The translations under genes were made by a program, and so were the position numbers. The notes beneath the pieces were generated by a model. That model was not told the DNA's origin. It ran no database searches and saw only the letters and a program-made list of their open reading frames with translations. Source: Candidatus Latescibacterota bacterium (GTDB lineage: Bacteria > Latescibacterota > UBA2968 > UBA8231). Taken from it: 64,000 nt of DNA. The DNA lies in NCBI GenBank assembly GCA_965221775.1, contig CBDCSU010000005.1:896001-960000 (forward strand), in the 5' to 3' direction. This document shows, piece after piece, positions 44,066-53,723 of this stretch; positions within the stretch are counted from its first letter, which is position 1; each line of letters opens with the position of its first letter.

Positions 44066-47046
44066 CGGCTCACCGCCAGGCGCACGGTGGCCTCGCCGCG
44101 GCTGCCGTCGTCGCCGCGCGCCTCCAGCCGGCAGAGGTAGAGGCCGCTGGCGTAGCCGCGGACCGACCAGGTGATCTCGTTCGCCTCCGCCGCTCTGACC
44201 CCGTCCGCCTCCAGGCGTTCCACCACTTCCCCCATGGCGTCGTGGACCGTGAGGGTGACGCGGGCCGGCCGGGCGACGAAGAACCGCACGTGGGCCGATT
44301 CCTCGCCTCCGGCCGGGTTCGGGTAGCAGTAGGCCCGGGAGGCGGGCAGCAGGTCGAGGTCCTCCGGCGGCGGAGGAGGCTCCACCGCGGAGGGGTGGGT
44401 CCGCTGGCCGGAGGCCGAGCCGCCGGGCTGGGACCAGCCGGTCGGCAGACCCGCGGCAAAGGCCGGGTCCCAGGAGACCGGGCGCCACAGGTTCAGCCCT
44501 TCTCCGTCGCCCACTGCCAGATCCAGACCGCCATCCCCGTCGAAGTCGACCAGGACCGGCGCCGTCGCGGGGATGGCCGGGGAGGCGACGGGGAACCCGG
44601 ACAGGGGCACGGCGCTTCCATCGAGTCCGTGTACGCCGTTGCCGGCGGAGACGAAGATCTCGGGCACGCCGTCGGCGTCCAGGTCTGCCGCCACGACTTC
44701 GCCGAGGAGTGGTCCCGACTCCTGGTGCATCGGCGGCGCCACGGGGAAGCCGGGACTTCGCAGGCCGGCCGCCGACCAGGCGTGCACCGCCTCCGCCGTG
44801 GGGACCAGGATCTCGAGCTGCCCGTCGCCGTCGAGATCGGCGAAGGAGGCAGCCGCCATGTTGGGGGCTCCGGAGGAGACCTGCAGGTCGCCGGCCCCCT
44901 GGCCGAAGCTGCGGAGCCGTCCGTCGCTGTCGGCGAGAACGAGGTCGGCGAGACCGTCGCCGTCGAGGTCGGCCGCCGAGGGCGGCAGCCCGAAGCCGGA
45001 CAGACCGCCGATCGACACGGCGGCCTCCGTCCCGTCGTAGCGGAGCAACTCGCCCGGGCCCAGGACCAGCAGCTCCTCGGCGCCGTCGCCGTCCCTGTCG
45101 GCGGCGGCCATCCCCAGGACCGGGGCCTCGTGAGTGAAGCGCAACTCTCCGGTGGCCGCGTCGAGGACGGACAGGCCCTGGGGCCCGCCCACCGCGAGGA
45201 CCGCGCCCCGGCCGGCGAGATCGGCCGCGTACAGGGCGTGGGAGGGCCGTCCCTCCAGTTGCGTCTCCCAGGCGGGACCGCCGCCGAGAGGCCGGGCCGC
45301 GACCCGACCCGCGGCCGAGCGGGTGAAGAGCAGTCCTTCGGCGGCGGCCAGCAGCACCTCGTCGACGGGTGGCCCGTCCGCCGCGGACGGCGCCAGCACG
45401 CGGACCCCGTCCTCGCCCTCGGCCAGCAGCTCCGGGCGTCCGTCGCCGTCGACGTCCGCGGCCTGCAGCCGGCGCACGCCTGCCAGGGGGCGCGGCCAGC
45501 CGGCGGCGCTGCGGGTGAAGCGGAGACTCACCGACATGCGGTCGTCGAGCCCGGAGAGGACCTCGACCTCCAGGCCGGAGACCAGCCCGGTGTGGGTCAC
45601 GGTGGCCGGAGCCGTGTCCGCGCCGAAGCGGCTGACGCCGGTGATGTCGGGCCCAGGCCCGGGAGCGCGACCGGCGAAGAACGGTGTCCAACGGGTCCCC
45701 TCGACGAACTCCTGGCGGTCGAAGTAGGGGTTGCCGATGTCGCGGGAACCGTCGGCCTCCACCAGCATCAGTCCAGGCCGCTCGCGCTCGTTGTTGATGC
45801 CCTCCGCCGGGGCGGCGGCGATGACGGCCTCGTCCACGTGCCAGATCAGCACACCCGATCCCGGGACGAAGGCGTCGTACTCGTCCGCCTGGAGCCAGAC
45901 TCCGGCGCCGCGGCCGGCGAGGGAATCCGACTCGGCCGCCGTGATCCGGTGCGACAGTTCCGCCTCGCCGGCCTCGATCCAGGCGAACTCGCCCGAGATG
46001 GGCGCCTCGACCCCGGGGGGCAGGTCGTGCTCGGTGAGGCCCCGCTGCTGGCGGTTCTCCAGGAGCAGGTACTCCGTCGGCGACAGGGGGACGCGCACAG
46101 CGTGGACCTCCCCGCCGCCATCCGCCGGCCGGTCCCCGGCGAGGATCTGCACGACCGTGTCGCGGCGAACCTCCAGGGGCTCGATCCACCCGAGGCGGGC
46201 CTTGCTCCAGGCCATGGGATGGGGGGGCACCATGCCGACGACGAACTCCAGCTTGTCCCCGACGCGGACGAAGCCGCTGCGGTTGACTCCCACGTCCATC
46301 AGGCTCCAGCCGCCGACGGCGGGCAGCCCGCGCGCGAAGTTCGACAGGCCGGGCAGGCCGAGCTGATGGCCGAAGAACTTGGCCAGGAGACCGTTGAGCC
46401 CCCCAACCCCTCTGAAGTCGACGGCCTCCGGCAGGATCCAGGCCTCGCGGATCACCGCCCCGCCCGCCTCCACCGGCCCGCCGTGCTCGTCCAGGTCTTC
46501 AGGCCGCAGGAAGACGGAACGGATGTCGTTCAGCTGGCCGGTCTCGTGGCCGCGGCCGGCGTGGATGATCAGATAGCTGTTGAAGGCGGCGAAGTCGGGT
46601 CCGTCGGGATCGGCGGCGGCCAGGTCGACGGCGTCGACGATCAGCTCGCGCCAGAGACGGCCGATCTCCTCGGGCGAGCGGCCGTTGCCGTACGACAGGG
46701 CCGATCTGGGCAGGGTGTAGGCCTCCTCGAGAGCGCTGGGATAGACGCTGGACTCGATGCGCACCCGGCCCTGGGAGACGACGTCGTAGTAGCGGGCCAG
46801 CGCCTCGAGGTGGTGCTCGAAGTGGACCCGGTCGTGAGGCGGGGTGTCGTACGGCTGCGTGTAGTCGGGAAGGGCCTCGGCCAGGCTGCGCAGGTCGAAG
46901 CCGCCGCGCCCGGTGGTGGTCGGCTCGTCGGGCTCCTCGACAGGGAAGTCGACGCGCAGGGCCAGAATGCGCCAGTCCTCGACCTTCTGGGCTCCACTGG
47001 GAACCGCCAGGAGAAGAGGGACGATCCGGCACAGGAGCGAAGTCAG
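44062..47046 (-). CDS. M6 (InhA)-like metallopeptidase homolog with degenerate active site, FG-GAP repeats and T9SS-type CTD (start uncertain)
   Basis: ILALRVDF, IIHAG, GGWSLMD.G, AWSK..LGW, EYLLLENRQ and GVLIWHVD; DxDGDG repeats; YPNP...SGLY CTD. No canonical start codon near the signal peptide. Confidence 0.72.
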   Translation of the reverse strand: MTSLLCRIVPLLLAVPSGAQKVEDWRILALRVDFPVEEPDEPTTTGRGGFDLRSLAEALPDYTQPYDTPPHDRVHFEHHLEALARYYDVVSQGRVRIESSVYPSALEEAYTLPRSALSYGNGRSPEEIGRLWRELIVDAVDLAAADPDGPDFAAFNSYLIIHAGRGHETGQLNDIRSVFLRPEDLDEHGGPVEAGGAVIREAWILPEAVDFRGVGGLNGLLAKFFGHQLGLPGLSNFARGLPAVGGWSLMDVGVNRSGFVRVGDKLEFVVGMVPPHPMAWSKARLGWIEPLEVRRDTVVQILAGDRPADGGGEVHAVRVPLSPTEYLLLENRQQRGLTEHDLPPGVEAPISGEFAWIEAGEAELSHRITAAESDSLAGRGAGVWLQADEYDAFVPGSGVLIWHVDEAVIAAAPAEGINNERERPGLMLVEADGSRDIGNPYFDRQEFVEGTRWTPFFAGRAPGPGPDITGVSRFGADTAPATVTHTGLVSGLEVEVLSGLDDRMSVSLRFTRSAAGWPRPLAGVRRLQAADVDGDGRPELLAEGEDGVRVLAPSAADGPPVDEVLLAAAEGLLFTRSAAGRVAARPLGGGPAWETQLEGRPSHALYAADLAGRGAVLAVGGPQGLSVLDAATGELRFTHEAPVLGMAAADRDGDGAEELLVLGPGELLRYDGTEAAVSIGGLSGFGLPPSAADLDGDGLADLVLADSDGRLRSFGQGAGDLQVSSGAPNMAAASFADLDGDGQLEILVPTAEAVHAWSAAGLRSPGFPVAPPMHQESGPLLGEVVAADLDADGVPEIFVSAGNGVHGLDGSAVPLSGFPVASPAIPATAPVLVDFDGDGGLDLAVGDGEGLNLWRPVSWDPAFAAGLPTGWSQPGGSASGQRTHPSAVEPPPPPEDLDLLPASRAYCYPNPAGGEESAHVRFFVARPARVTLTVHDAMGEVVERLEADGVRAAEANEITWSVRGYASGLYLCRLEARGDDGSRGEATVRLAVSR

Positions 47047-47114
47047 CTGCCGGGCGCACGAACCCGCCCGGCGGCCGAGACGCCCTTCGGGTGTCCGCCG
47101 GCCGCGCTTTGGCT

Positions 47115-48170
47115 TCAGAAGTACAGGTTCAGCGAGAATCGCGTGCTGTCCTGGAGGGGCGTGTCTTCGCCGGTCACGTAGGCCACGTCGACCTGCAGCA
47201 TGGTGTACTTGAGGCCCAGGCCGAAGGTCGGGGACTGGAGCTCGCCGTCGTAGTCGAGGGAGTACCCGGCGCGCAGGGCCAGGAAGGACTCGTCCTTGAC
47301 CGCGGAGAGGCCGTAGCGGTACTCGCCGCCGGCGTGTAGATCCATCTCCTTGAACTCGTTGCCCAGGGGCTCGTCGACCCAGGCGGTGACCAGGCTCTGG
47401 GCGAAGTGCCCGTCGTCGATGAGAGGCTTGTACACGTCGGCCGACAGCAGCACGCTGTGGTACTCCGTCTCCATGAGGTCGTAGGCGGCGCCGACGACGA
47501 TGTGCTGGGGCAGGGGGTCGGCCTGCCGCGGGTCGATGTAGTTGATCTTGGGCCCGAGGTTGCGCAGCGCCGCACCGAAGGTCAGGGCCGGGGTGGCGCG
47601 CCACAGGAGCCCGAGATCGGCCGCGAAGCTGCTGCCCGTGCCCTTGCCGCGCTCGATCCCGGCGCCCTGGTCGGCCAGGTGGCTGCGGATGAACTTGAGC
47701 CCGATCCCCGCGGCGAGGTTGTCGCCGACGTCGGCGCCGTAGGCCCCGGAGAAGGCGAGATCATAGCTGGAGAACGTGCCCAGCACCTCGCTTCGCTCCC
47801 CGGTGCGGATCTGCTCGCCCAGATTCATCAGGGTGCCGTGGAGGCCGACGTTCCCCCAGCCCTCGAGGGGCTGCGAATAGGCCAGGAACTCGTAGGACAT
47901 GTCGTCGGCCAGGCCGGGGAGCCACTTCTGGTGGGTGAAGTTGAGCTTGCGTTGCCCCTGCCCGGCCAGCGCTGCCGGGTTGAAGTAGGTCGCCGTGGCG
48001 TCGTCGGCGATGGCCACGTAGGTCTCCCCCATGCCGCTGGCGCGGGCCCCGGGCTTGATGAGCAGGAACAGCACCGCGGCCCGGCTCTCGGGGGTGGCCG
48101 AGACGCGTTCGGTCGTACTTGCCAGGCAGGCCAGCGCCGCCAGGGCGGCGATCATCCGTCGAGTCGTCAC
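47115..48170 (-). CDS. porV: PorV-family outer-membrane protein
   Basis: GGAGG RBS; FLLIKPGARASGMGE..VA.ADDA...YFNPA.L; KWLPGL..D; terminal Phe; follows porU. Confidence 0.8.
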   Translation of the reverse strand: MTTRRMIAALAALACLASTTERVSATPESRAAVLFLLIKPGARASGMGETYVAIADDATATYFNPAALAGQGQRKLNFTHQKWLPGLADDMSYEFLAYSQPLEGWGNVGLHGTLMNLGEQIRTGERSEVLGTFSSYDLAFSGAYGADVGDNLAAGIGLKFIRSHLADQGAGIERGKGTGSSFAADLGLLWRATPALTFGAALRNLGPKINYIDPRQADPLPQHIVVGAAYDLMETEYHSVLLSADVYKPLIDDGHFAQSLVTAWVDEPLGNEFKEMDLHAGGEYRYGLSAVKDESFLALRAGYSLDYDGELQSPTFGLGLKYTMLQVDVAYVTGEDTPLQDSTRFSLNLYF

Positions 48171-48255
48171 TTTCGGTCGTCCTCCGGTTCGGTGCGCCGG
48201 ATCCGCCCGGGCACCGCAGAAATGAAGATAACCCTCCGAGCCGGGAGCCGCGTAT

Positions 48256-51200
48256 TCAGGGCGCCACCTGGATCCGCCCGTCGGCCTCCCGGGGAGACCC
48301 CTCGCCGAGGCGGGCGGAGACTCGGAACAGGTAGGTTCCACCCGCCAGCTCCGGGGGGGACCAGGGAACCTGGTTGAATCCCTCCTCCACCCCTCCCTCG
48401 AGGCGGTCCACCTCTCGTCCCGAGAGGGCGTAGACCCGAATGTCGACGCTCTCGGCCGGAGCGGCCAGGACATAGGTGAAGTGCCCACTGCCGTCGGAGG
48501 TCGGGTTCGGATGGAACAGGACCTCGTCGAGGGCCGTATCCGCCCCCTCGGTCACCACCAGGTCGGCCTCGGCGATGGAAGAGTTGTTGAAGGCGTCCCA
48601 GGCCTTGAGACGGACGGTGTGGTCTCCGGGTTCCAACTCCCCCAGGGGATACTCCAGGATTCCCTGGCGGTGGTCGCCCAGACTCGTGTAGAACCGGGTG
48701 ACCGCGGTCACGGCCTCGTCGACCCACAGCTCGATCTCGTGGCCCGTCTCGCCGGTGATGTTGATGCCGCTCGGATCCGCCAGGCGGGCGGCGAGGACCG
48801 GACGACGCGAGATCCGGTCTCCGCTGCGGAACCGGGGCTTGCCGGCGAAGGCCAGCTCGATGACCGGACCCTCCTCGTCCGCCACCACGTCCGAGGCGGT
48901 ACCCGACAGGGCCAGACCGGAGCGAGCCCCGAAGGCCGGCGGCGCCCCGTTGGAGCTCGTCACGTAGGCGCTCGCCCGACCCTGCGAGGCCCGGTAGGTG
49001 ATGTCCTTGGGGATGCGCAGCCGGGTTTGAAAGCGGCCTCCCTCGACCGGCACGAGGCCCCGGAACAGGGGCGCACCAAGTTTCTCGTACGAGATCCCCT
49101 CGATCAGGCTCTGCGCCGAGGAGTCGAAGAGCCGCACGAGGGCATGGCCTTCGTGGTCCGTCTTCGGCCGGCCCTCGGCGTCGACGACGGTGCCCCTCAC
49201 CTCCAGTTCCATCAGGGCCTCCATCGAGTCGGGCAGGTCGAGGGCCACGCCTACTCGGGGCCGAGCCAGGCGCTGCGCCGCGTCCCCGAAGAGGGAGTAG
49301 CGCTGGATGTTGGTGCGCCACAGGTCGCTCACGTGGACCTGCTTGGCCTCCATCAGGGCCAACCCCAGGGGCACGTGTTCCCTGCCGCTGTGGTACATCT
49401 GGTGGTGGAACTGGAGAGCCAGCACCATGTTGCTGCTGTGGTAGCCGACACGAGTGGCCGAGATGAAACCGATCACCCCGCGGTCGGGCATCTTCAGGAA
49501 GGCCTCGGGCATCGAGTCCTGCGCCGGGTCGTCGAAGACCCCCACGGCGCTCGCCGCGGTGTAGACGAAGGGCAGCCGGCCGCCGTTGTCGATGCGCCCC
49601 ACGTCGCGGTTGAGCAGGAAGAGGTGCTCGTGGGCCAGGACCTCGGGGTGGCCGTGCCCGATGTAGGTCAGGATCAGCGCGCCCTCGTTGAAGAGGCGCA
49701 GGAACTCCTCCCTGGCCTGGGGCTTGGTGCGGCCTTCGAGAGGGTATGCGCCGATGTAGAACTTGGTCATGTCGAGGTCACTCGGCATGCCGTTTCGGGC
49801 AACCCTCTCCGCGTCGTGGACGAAGAAGCTCTCCTTGCGCTGCGGAAACTCGGGGTTCGAGACATCGTCGGCCACGAGCAGGATCCGGGTCTGCCAGGGC
49901 CCCGGCTCGGGTGTCTGGTCGTAGCGCAGGATCTTGTCCACCACCCCGTCGGCCTCGGCGGCGGACTGCACCGGAATGCGGGAGACCGCCAGGTCGGGGA
50001 TCCTGTCAATGCCCTCCACCCTGGCGTACCACTCGTCGTAGGTGCTCGGGCCGTCCTGGAAGGGGGGGATCCAGTTCGTGTGACTGAGGCCGGAGTTGTT
50101 CTTGTAGTCGTAGGTCCCGTCGCCCAGGAGAGTGACGTACACGGGCGGGACCGGCCATCTGCGGACGGCCTGGGCCAGGAAGATCCGGATCGCCGCCGGG
50201 TCCAGCAGCCCCCCGGAGAACTCGTCGTAGATATCCTGCACGTCCACGACCATGGTCTTCAAGGGCGGGCCGAAACGGTCGTCCTCGGCGCGCCAGTCGG
50301 CCAGCCGCCGCGCGGCCGAGGCGAACTCGGCATGGGTGATGATCACGTACTCGGCACCCTCCGGACCGCGGGGAGTCTGCACGTCCCTCACCACCGCCGC
50401 CGGGCGCTTCCACCGTCCTGGTTGAAGGGCGATGTATCTGCGCGGCTGCGGCCTGGCAGCCCAGTCCCGGAAGGTCAGCACGCCGTCGGCGGCGTGCTCC
50501 AGGCCCCCCAGCTCCCGCATGCCCCTGGAGACCTCGAAGACCCTGGGCGCACCGTCGGCCGCGGGGAACCCTTCCACCCGGAACTCCAGCACCGACCCGG
50601 CCTGGGCATTTCCCCCGGCCCCGTCCCCCCGGCCCGGTCCGTTGAACCGGATCTCTCCGCCCAGGGCCTTCAGGCGGCGGACATACTCCACCTCGTACCA
50701 GTCCAGTCGAATGGGGGCCGAGGACCGGTGAAACAGCCCCAGCTGGTTGAGCCCCTCCTGGGCTTCATCCGCGCGTACCTCGATCGTGTGCGGTCTGGAT
50801 GTCCTGAAGGAGAACCGGCCCAGGTTGTCGCCGTTCCAGCGCAGCTCGAAGGCCTGGGAGGTGTTCTTGGACCCCTTGAAGTGCACCCTAGCGAGGACGG
50901 GGATCTCCGGCAGCGCGTCGTCGACGACGAAGGTGAAGTTGCGGGCGTTGCCTGCGAACTCTTCCCAGAACCACTCGTACCCCGAACTGGCCCCATTCAA
51001 CTGAAAGGCGATCAGGTGATCGTCCTCCTCGTGGAGACGCACCCGGTAGCGGTCGACGACTGCGAAGGGAGCACCGCCGGGGCCGGATCCCTCGCTGGCA
51101 CGGAGACCGTCCACGTCACCGTAGAGGTCGATCCAGTACACGTTGTCCTTCGTGTAGGGGTTCTTCTGCCAGACGAAGCCGGGGCCGGTTTTCCACACCC

Positions 51201-52035
51201 ACCGCTCCGGTCCCACGCCATAGAACAGGATGTGGTCCTCCCCGTCGAAGCGGCCGTCGCCGCCGGACTCCACGACTGACGCCACCGTCCGCAGGGACGG
51301 GCCGGACGGTATGCCGCTGGTTATCCCGATGGCCCAACCGCCGCCGTACAGGAGGCGGATCCGGGCCGGGTCGACGCCCTCGAGATCGGCCCCCGCCTGC
51401 TCCAGGTCAGCAGCCGTCACCCGGTAGATCCCCTCGCCGCGAACCTCGACCCGGAACATCCCGGTCCGGGGAGTCACCGCCGGGGCCGCCGGTCTCGCTG
51501 CCGCGGGCCTCGGCTGCCGCCATCGGCGGGCCTGCTCGTAGTTGAGGATGGTCGCCCGGTAGGATGTCTCGAAGGCGTCCGGCCGGGGCGGCCGGCCCGG
51601 GTCCTGGGCGAACCGGACCTCCACCAGGACGCTGTCGTAGATGACGGCCGACCCGTCCGCGTTCCGACGGGGCCCGAAGGCGAGTGTCACGACCCGCTGG
51701 TGGCGCAGCATCGCCGGGGGCTCCAGGCGTGCAGGGCCGTCCGGCGGCGCGTCCTCCGGCACCTCGGCGAGGGTGGTTGTGCCGGCCTCCCGGGCCGCCA
51801 GAACCTCCAGTTCCGCCTGTCCCTGGAGGGGCACGCCGAGAAGGGCCGAGTCCACGAACCGGTGGAGGGGCGGCGCCGCCAGCGAGTCCGCGAGCCCAGG
51901 TCCCTCGTAGAGGACGCGGGCGAAACCCGGGCCGGCGGCGACGAGGCGAACCTCCGCGGAGAGGGTGGACGCCGCCGCCGCAAGGACCGCGATCCCGAAT
52001 CTTGCCGTTCGGTGACAGAGATGGGGGCGATGCAA
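48256..52035 (-). CDS. porU: PorU-like C25 (gingipain-family) sortase with own CTD; catalytic Cys position is Ser
   Basis: IYDEFSGG, LLGDGTYDYK, YIGHG, RLPFVYTAAS, YSLFGD, SGINITGETGH, LKAWDAFNNSS and HPNP CTD. Start is TTG 52035 or up to 52131. Confidence 0.82.
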   Translation of the reverse strand: MHRPHLCHRTARFGIAVLAAAASTLSAEVRLVAAGPGFARVLYEGPGLADSLAAPPLHRFVDSALLGVPLQGQAELEVLAAREAGTTTLAEVPEDAPPDGPARLEPPAMLRHQRVVTLAFGPRRNADGSAVIYDSVLVEVRFAQDPGRPPRPDAFETSYRATILNYEQARRWRQPRPAAARPAAPAVTPRTGMFRVEVRGEGIYRVTAADLEQAGADLEGVDPARIRLLYGGGWAIGITSGIPSGPSLRTVASVVESGGDGRFDGEDHILFYGVGPERWVWKTGPGFVWQKNPYTKDNVYWIDLYGDVDGLRASEGSGPGGAPFAVVDRYRVRLHEEDDHLIAFQLNGASSGYEWFWEEFAGNARNFTFVVDDALPEIPVLARVHFKGSKNTSQAFELRWNGDNLGRFSFRTSRPHTIEVRADEAQEGLNQLGLFHRSSAPIRLDWYEVEYVRRLKALGGEIRFNGPGRGDGAGGNAQAGSVLEFRVEGFPAADGAPRVFEVSRGMRELGGLEHAADGVLTFRDWAARPQPRRYIALQPGRWKRPAAVVRDVQTPRGPEGAEYVIITHAEFASAARRLADWRAEDDRFGPPLKTMVVDVQDIYDEFSGGLLDPAAIRIFLAQAVRRWPVPPVYVTLLGDGTYDYKNNSGLSHTNWIPPFQDGPSTYDEWYARVEGIDRIPDLAVSRIPVQSAAEADGVVDKILRYDQTPEPGPWQTRILLVADDVSNPEFPQRKESFFVHDAERVARNGMPSDLDMTKFYIGAYPLEGRTKPQAREEFLRLFNEGALILTYIGHGHPEVLAHEHLFLLNRDVGRIDNGGRLPFVYTAASAVGVFDDPAQDSMPEAFLKMPDRGVIGFISATRVGYHSSNMVLALQFHHQMYHSGREHVPLGLALMEAKQVHVSDLWRTNIQRYSLFGDAAQRLARPRVGVALDLPDSMEALMELEVRGTVVDAEGRPKTDHEGHALVRLFDSSAQSLIEGISYEKLGAPLFRGLVPVEGGRFQTRLRIPKDITYRASQGRASAYVTSSNGAPPAFGARSGLALSGTASDVVADEEGPVIELAFAGKPRFRSGDRISRRPVLAARLADPSGINITGETGHEIELWVDEAVTAVTRFYTSLGDHRQGILEYPLGELEPGDHTVRLKAWDAFNNSSIAEADLVVTEGADTALDEVLFHPNPTSDGSGHFTYVLAAPAESVDIRVYALSGREVDRLEGGVEEGFNQVPWSPPELAGGTYLFRVSARLGEGSPREADGRIQVAP

Positions 52036-52155
52036 CCGCAGGTGAGCGCTCTCGAGTCGGTTCAGCCGGTGGGGACCTTCTTGGGCTTCAGATAGAGAAG
52101 CCTGAGAAGCATGAGAAGTTCCCTCTGCCACCCTGGACTGTCAAGGCCTGCCGGG

Positions 52156-52184
52156 TTGACCTATCTCCTTGTGATTTCTATCAT
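52156..52184 (+). promoter_or_regulatory. Sigma70 promoter of rpmB
   Basis: TTGACC, 17 bp, TATCAT in an AT-rich patch. Confidence 0.7.
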
Positions 52185-52217
52185 TTTGCGTTTCCACTCC
52201 GCTGATGGAAGGTGACG

Positions 52218-52445
52218 ATGGCCAGGGTCTGTCAGGTCTCCGGCAAACGCCGAATGGCGGGCAACAACGTCAGCCACTCGCAACGCAAGACCAAGCGCGT
52301 TCAGCGCCCCAATCTCATCAAGAAGCGCATCTACATCCCCGAGGAAGGCCGCACGGTCACCCTCCGGCTGTCGGCGCGGGCCCTTCGCACCATGAACAAG
52401 AAGGGTGTCCTCAAGTACCTCAAGGAGCAGGGCGTCCGGGTCTGA
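52218..52445 (+). CDS. rpmB: 50S ribosomal protein L28
   Basis: MARVCQVSGK..MAGNNVSHS..KTKR...PN. Confidence 0.96.
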   Translation: MARVCQVSGKRRMAGNNVSHSQRKTKRVQRPNLIKKRIYIPEEGRTVTLRLSARALRTMNKKGVLKYLKEQGVRV

Positions 52446-52458
52446 GCGGGGATTCGCA

Positions 52459-53706
52459 GTGACCACCGCGTCCGCCTCGGCCGCCGGACCCGCCCTCCTC
52501 GGCGGCGCCCCCCTCCGATCCGATCCGTTCCCGTCCTGGCCCGTCTTCGGCGCCGAGGACGAGTCCGCGATCCTCGAGGTCCTGCGCTCCGGGAGCTGGT
52601 TTCTCGGCGACCGCGTCGCCGAGATCGAGCGCCGGTTCCCTCGCTTCCACCAGGCACGGCACGGAATCGCCGTCAGCAGCGGCACGGCGGCCCTGCAGGT
52701 GGCCCTGGAGGCCGCCGGCGTCCGCCTCGGGGACGAGGTGATCGTCCCCTCCTACACCTTCGTCGCCACCGCCGCCTCCGTCGCCCTCGTGGGGGCGGTG
52801 CCCGTCTTCGTCGACGTCGACCCCGCCACATACTGCATCGATCCGGACTCCGTCGAAGCCGCTGTCACGGAGCGTACCCGCGCCGTCGTCGCCGTCCACT
52901 TCGCCGGCCAGCCGGCCGACCTCGACGCCTTGGCCCGGCACTGCCGGTCCCGCGGCATCGTTCTGATCGAGGATGCCGCGCAGGCGCACTGCGCCGAGTG
53001 GCGAAACCGCCGCGTCGGCGCCATCGGCGATCTCGGCACCTTCAGCTTCCAGGCCAGCAAGAATCTCAACGCCGGCGAGGGCGGCTTCATCCTCAGCGAC
53101 GACGACGATCTGGCCGAGGCCGCCTGGTCGATCCACAACTGCGGGCGCACCCGCACCGGCGCCTGGTACGAGCATGCCCTCGTGGGGGGCAACTACCGCA
53201 TGTCCGAGTTCCAGGCGGCCCTGCTCCTCAGCCAGATGCGCAACCTCGAGGACCAGAGCCTGCTGCGATCCCGCAACGCGGCCCTCCTGGCCGAGCGGCT
53301 GTCCGAGATCGAGGGGATCCGCCCCCTCGACGTGGACGCGCGCGTCAGCCGCCACGCCTACCACTTGTTCGTCTTCCGTTACGACCCAGCCGCCTTCGCC
53401 GGCGTGTCCAGGGAGCGCTTCCTGGAAGCCCTGAGCGCCGAGGGCATCCCCTGCGCCTCCGGGTACAGACCTCTCTACCGCGAGCCGGCCTTCCAGGCCC
53501 GCTTCCGCGATTACCCTCTGGACTCCCCCGCCTTCGGCGGACGCCCGGACTACTCCACCGTGAACCACCCCGTCACGGAGCGCATCTGCGCCGAGGAGGC
53601 GGTCTGGCTCACCCAGAACCTGCTCCTCGGCAGCGAGGAGGACACGGCCGGCATCGCCGAGGCGGTCGCCAAGATCCAGCAGCACGCCCACCGGCTGGCC
53701 GACTAG
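52459..53706 (+). CDS. DegT/DnrJ/EryC1/StrS PLP aminotransferase (AHBA synthase/BtrR-like)
   Basis: SGTAAL, IEDAAQAH, FSFQASKNLNAGEGG and NYRMSE. Confidence 0.9.
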   Translation: MTTASASAAGPALLGGAPLRSDPFPSWPVFGAEDESAILEVLRSGSWFLGDRVAEIERRFPRFHQARHGIAVSSGTAALQVALEAAGVRLGDEVIVPSYTFVATAASVALVGAVPVFVDVDPATYCIDPDSVEAAVTERTRAVVAVHFAGQPADLDALARHCRSRGIVLIEDAAQAHCAEWRNRRVGAIGDLGTFSFQASKNLNAGEGGFILSDDDDLAEAAWSIHNCGRTRTGAWYEHALVGGNYRMSEFQAALLLSQMRNLEDQSLLRSRNAALLAERLSEIEGIRPLDVDARVSRHAYHLFVFRYDPAAFAGVSRERFLEALSAEGIPCASGYRPLYREPAFQARFRDYPLDSPAFGGRPDYSTVNHPVTERICAEEAVWLTQNLLLGSEEDTAGIAEAVAKIQQHAHRLAD

Positions 53707-53723
53707 GCGGCGCTCTCCACGGC

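Noticed and set aside
52095-52118. GAGAAG x3 with 9-bp period upstream of porU
   Set aside because: Too short to assign; it may be coding if the upstream start is used.
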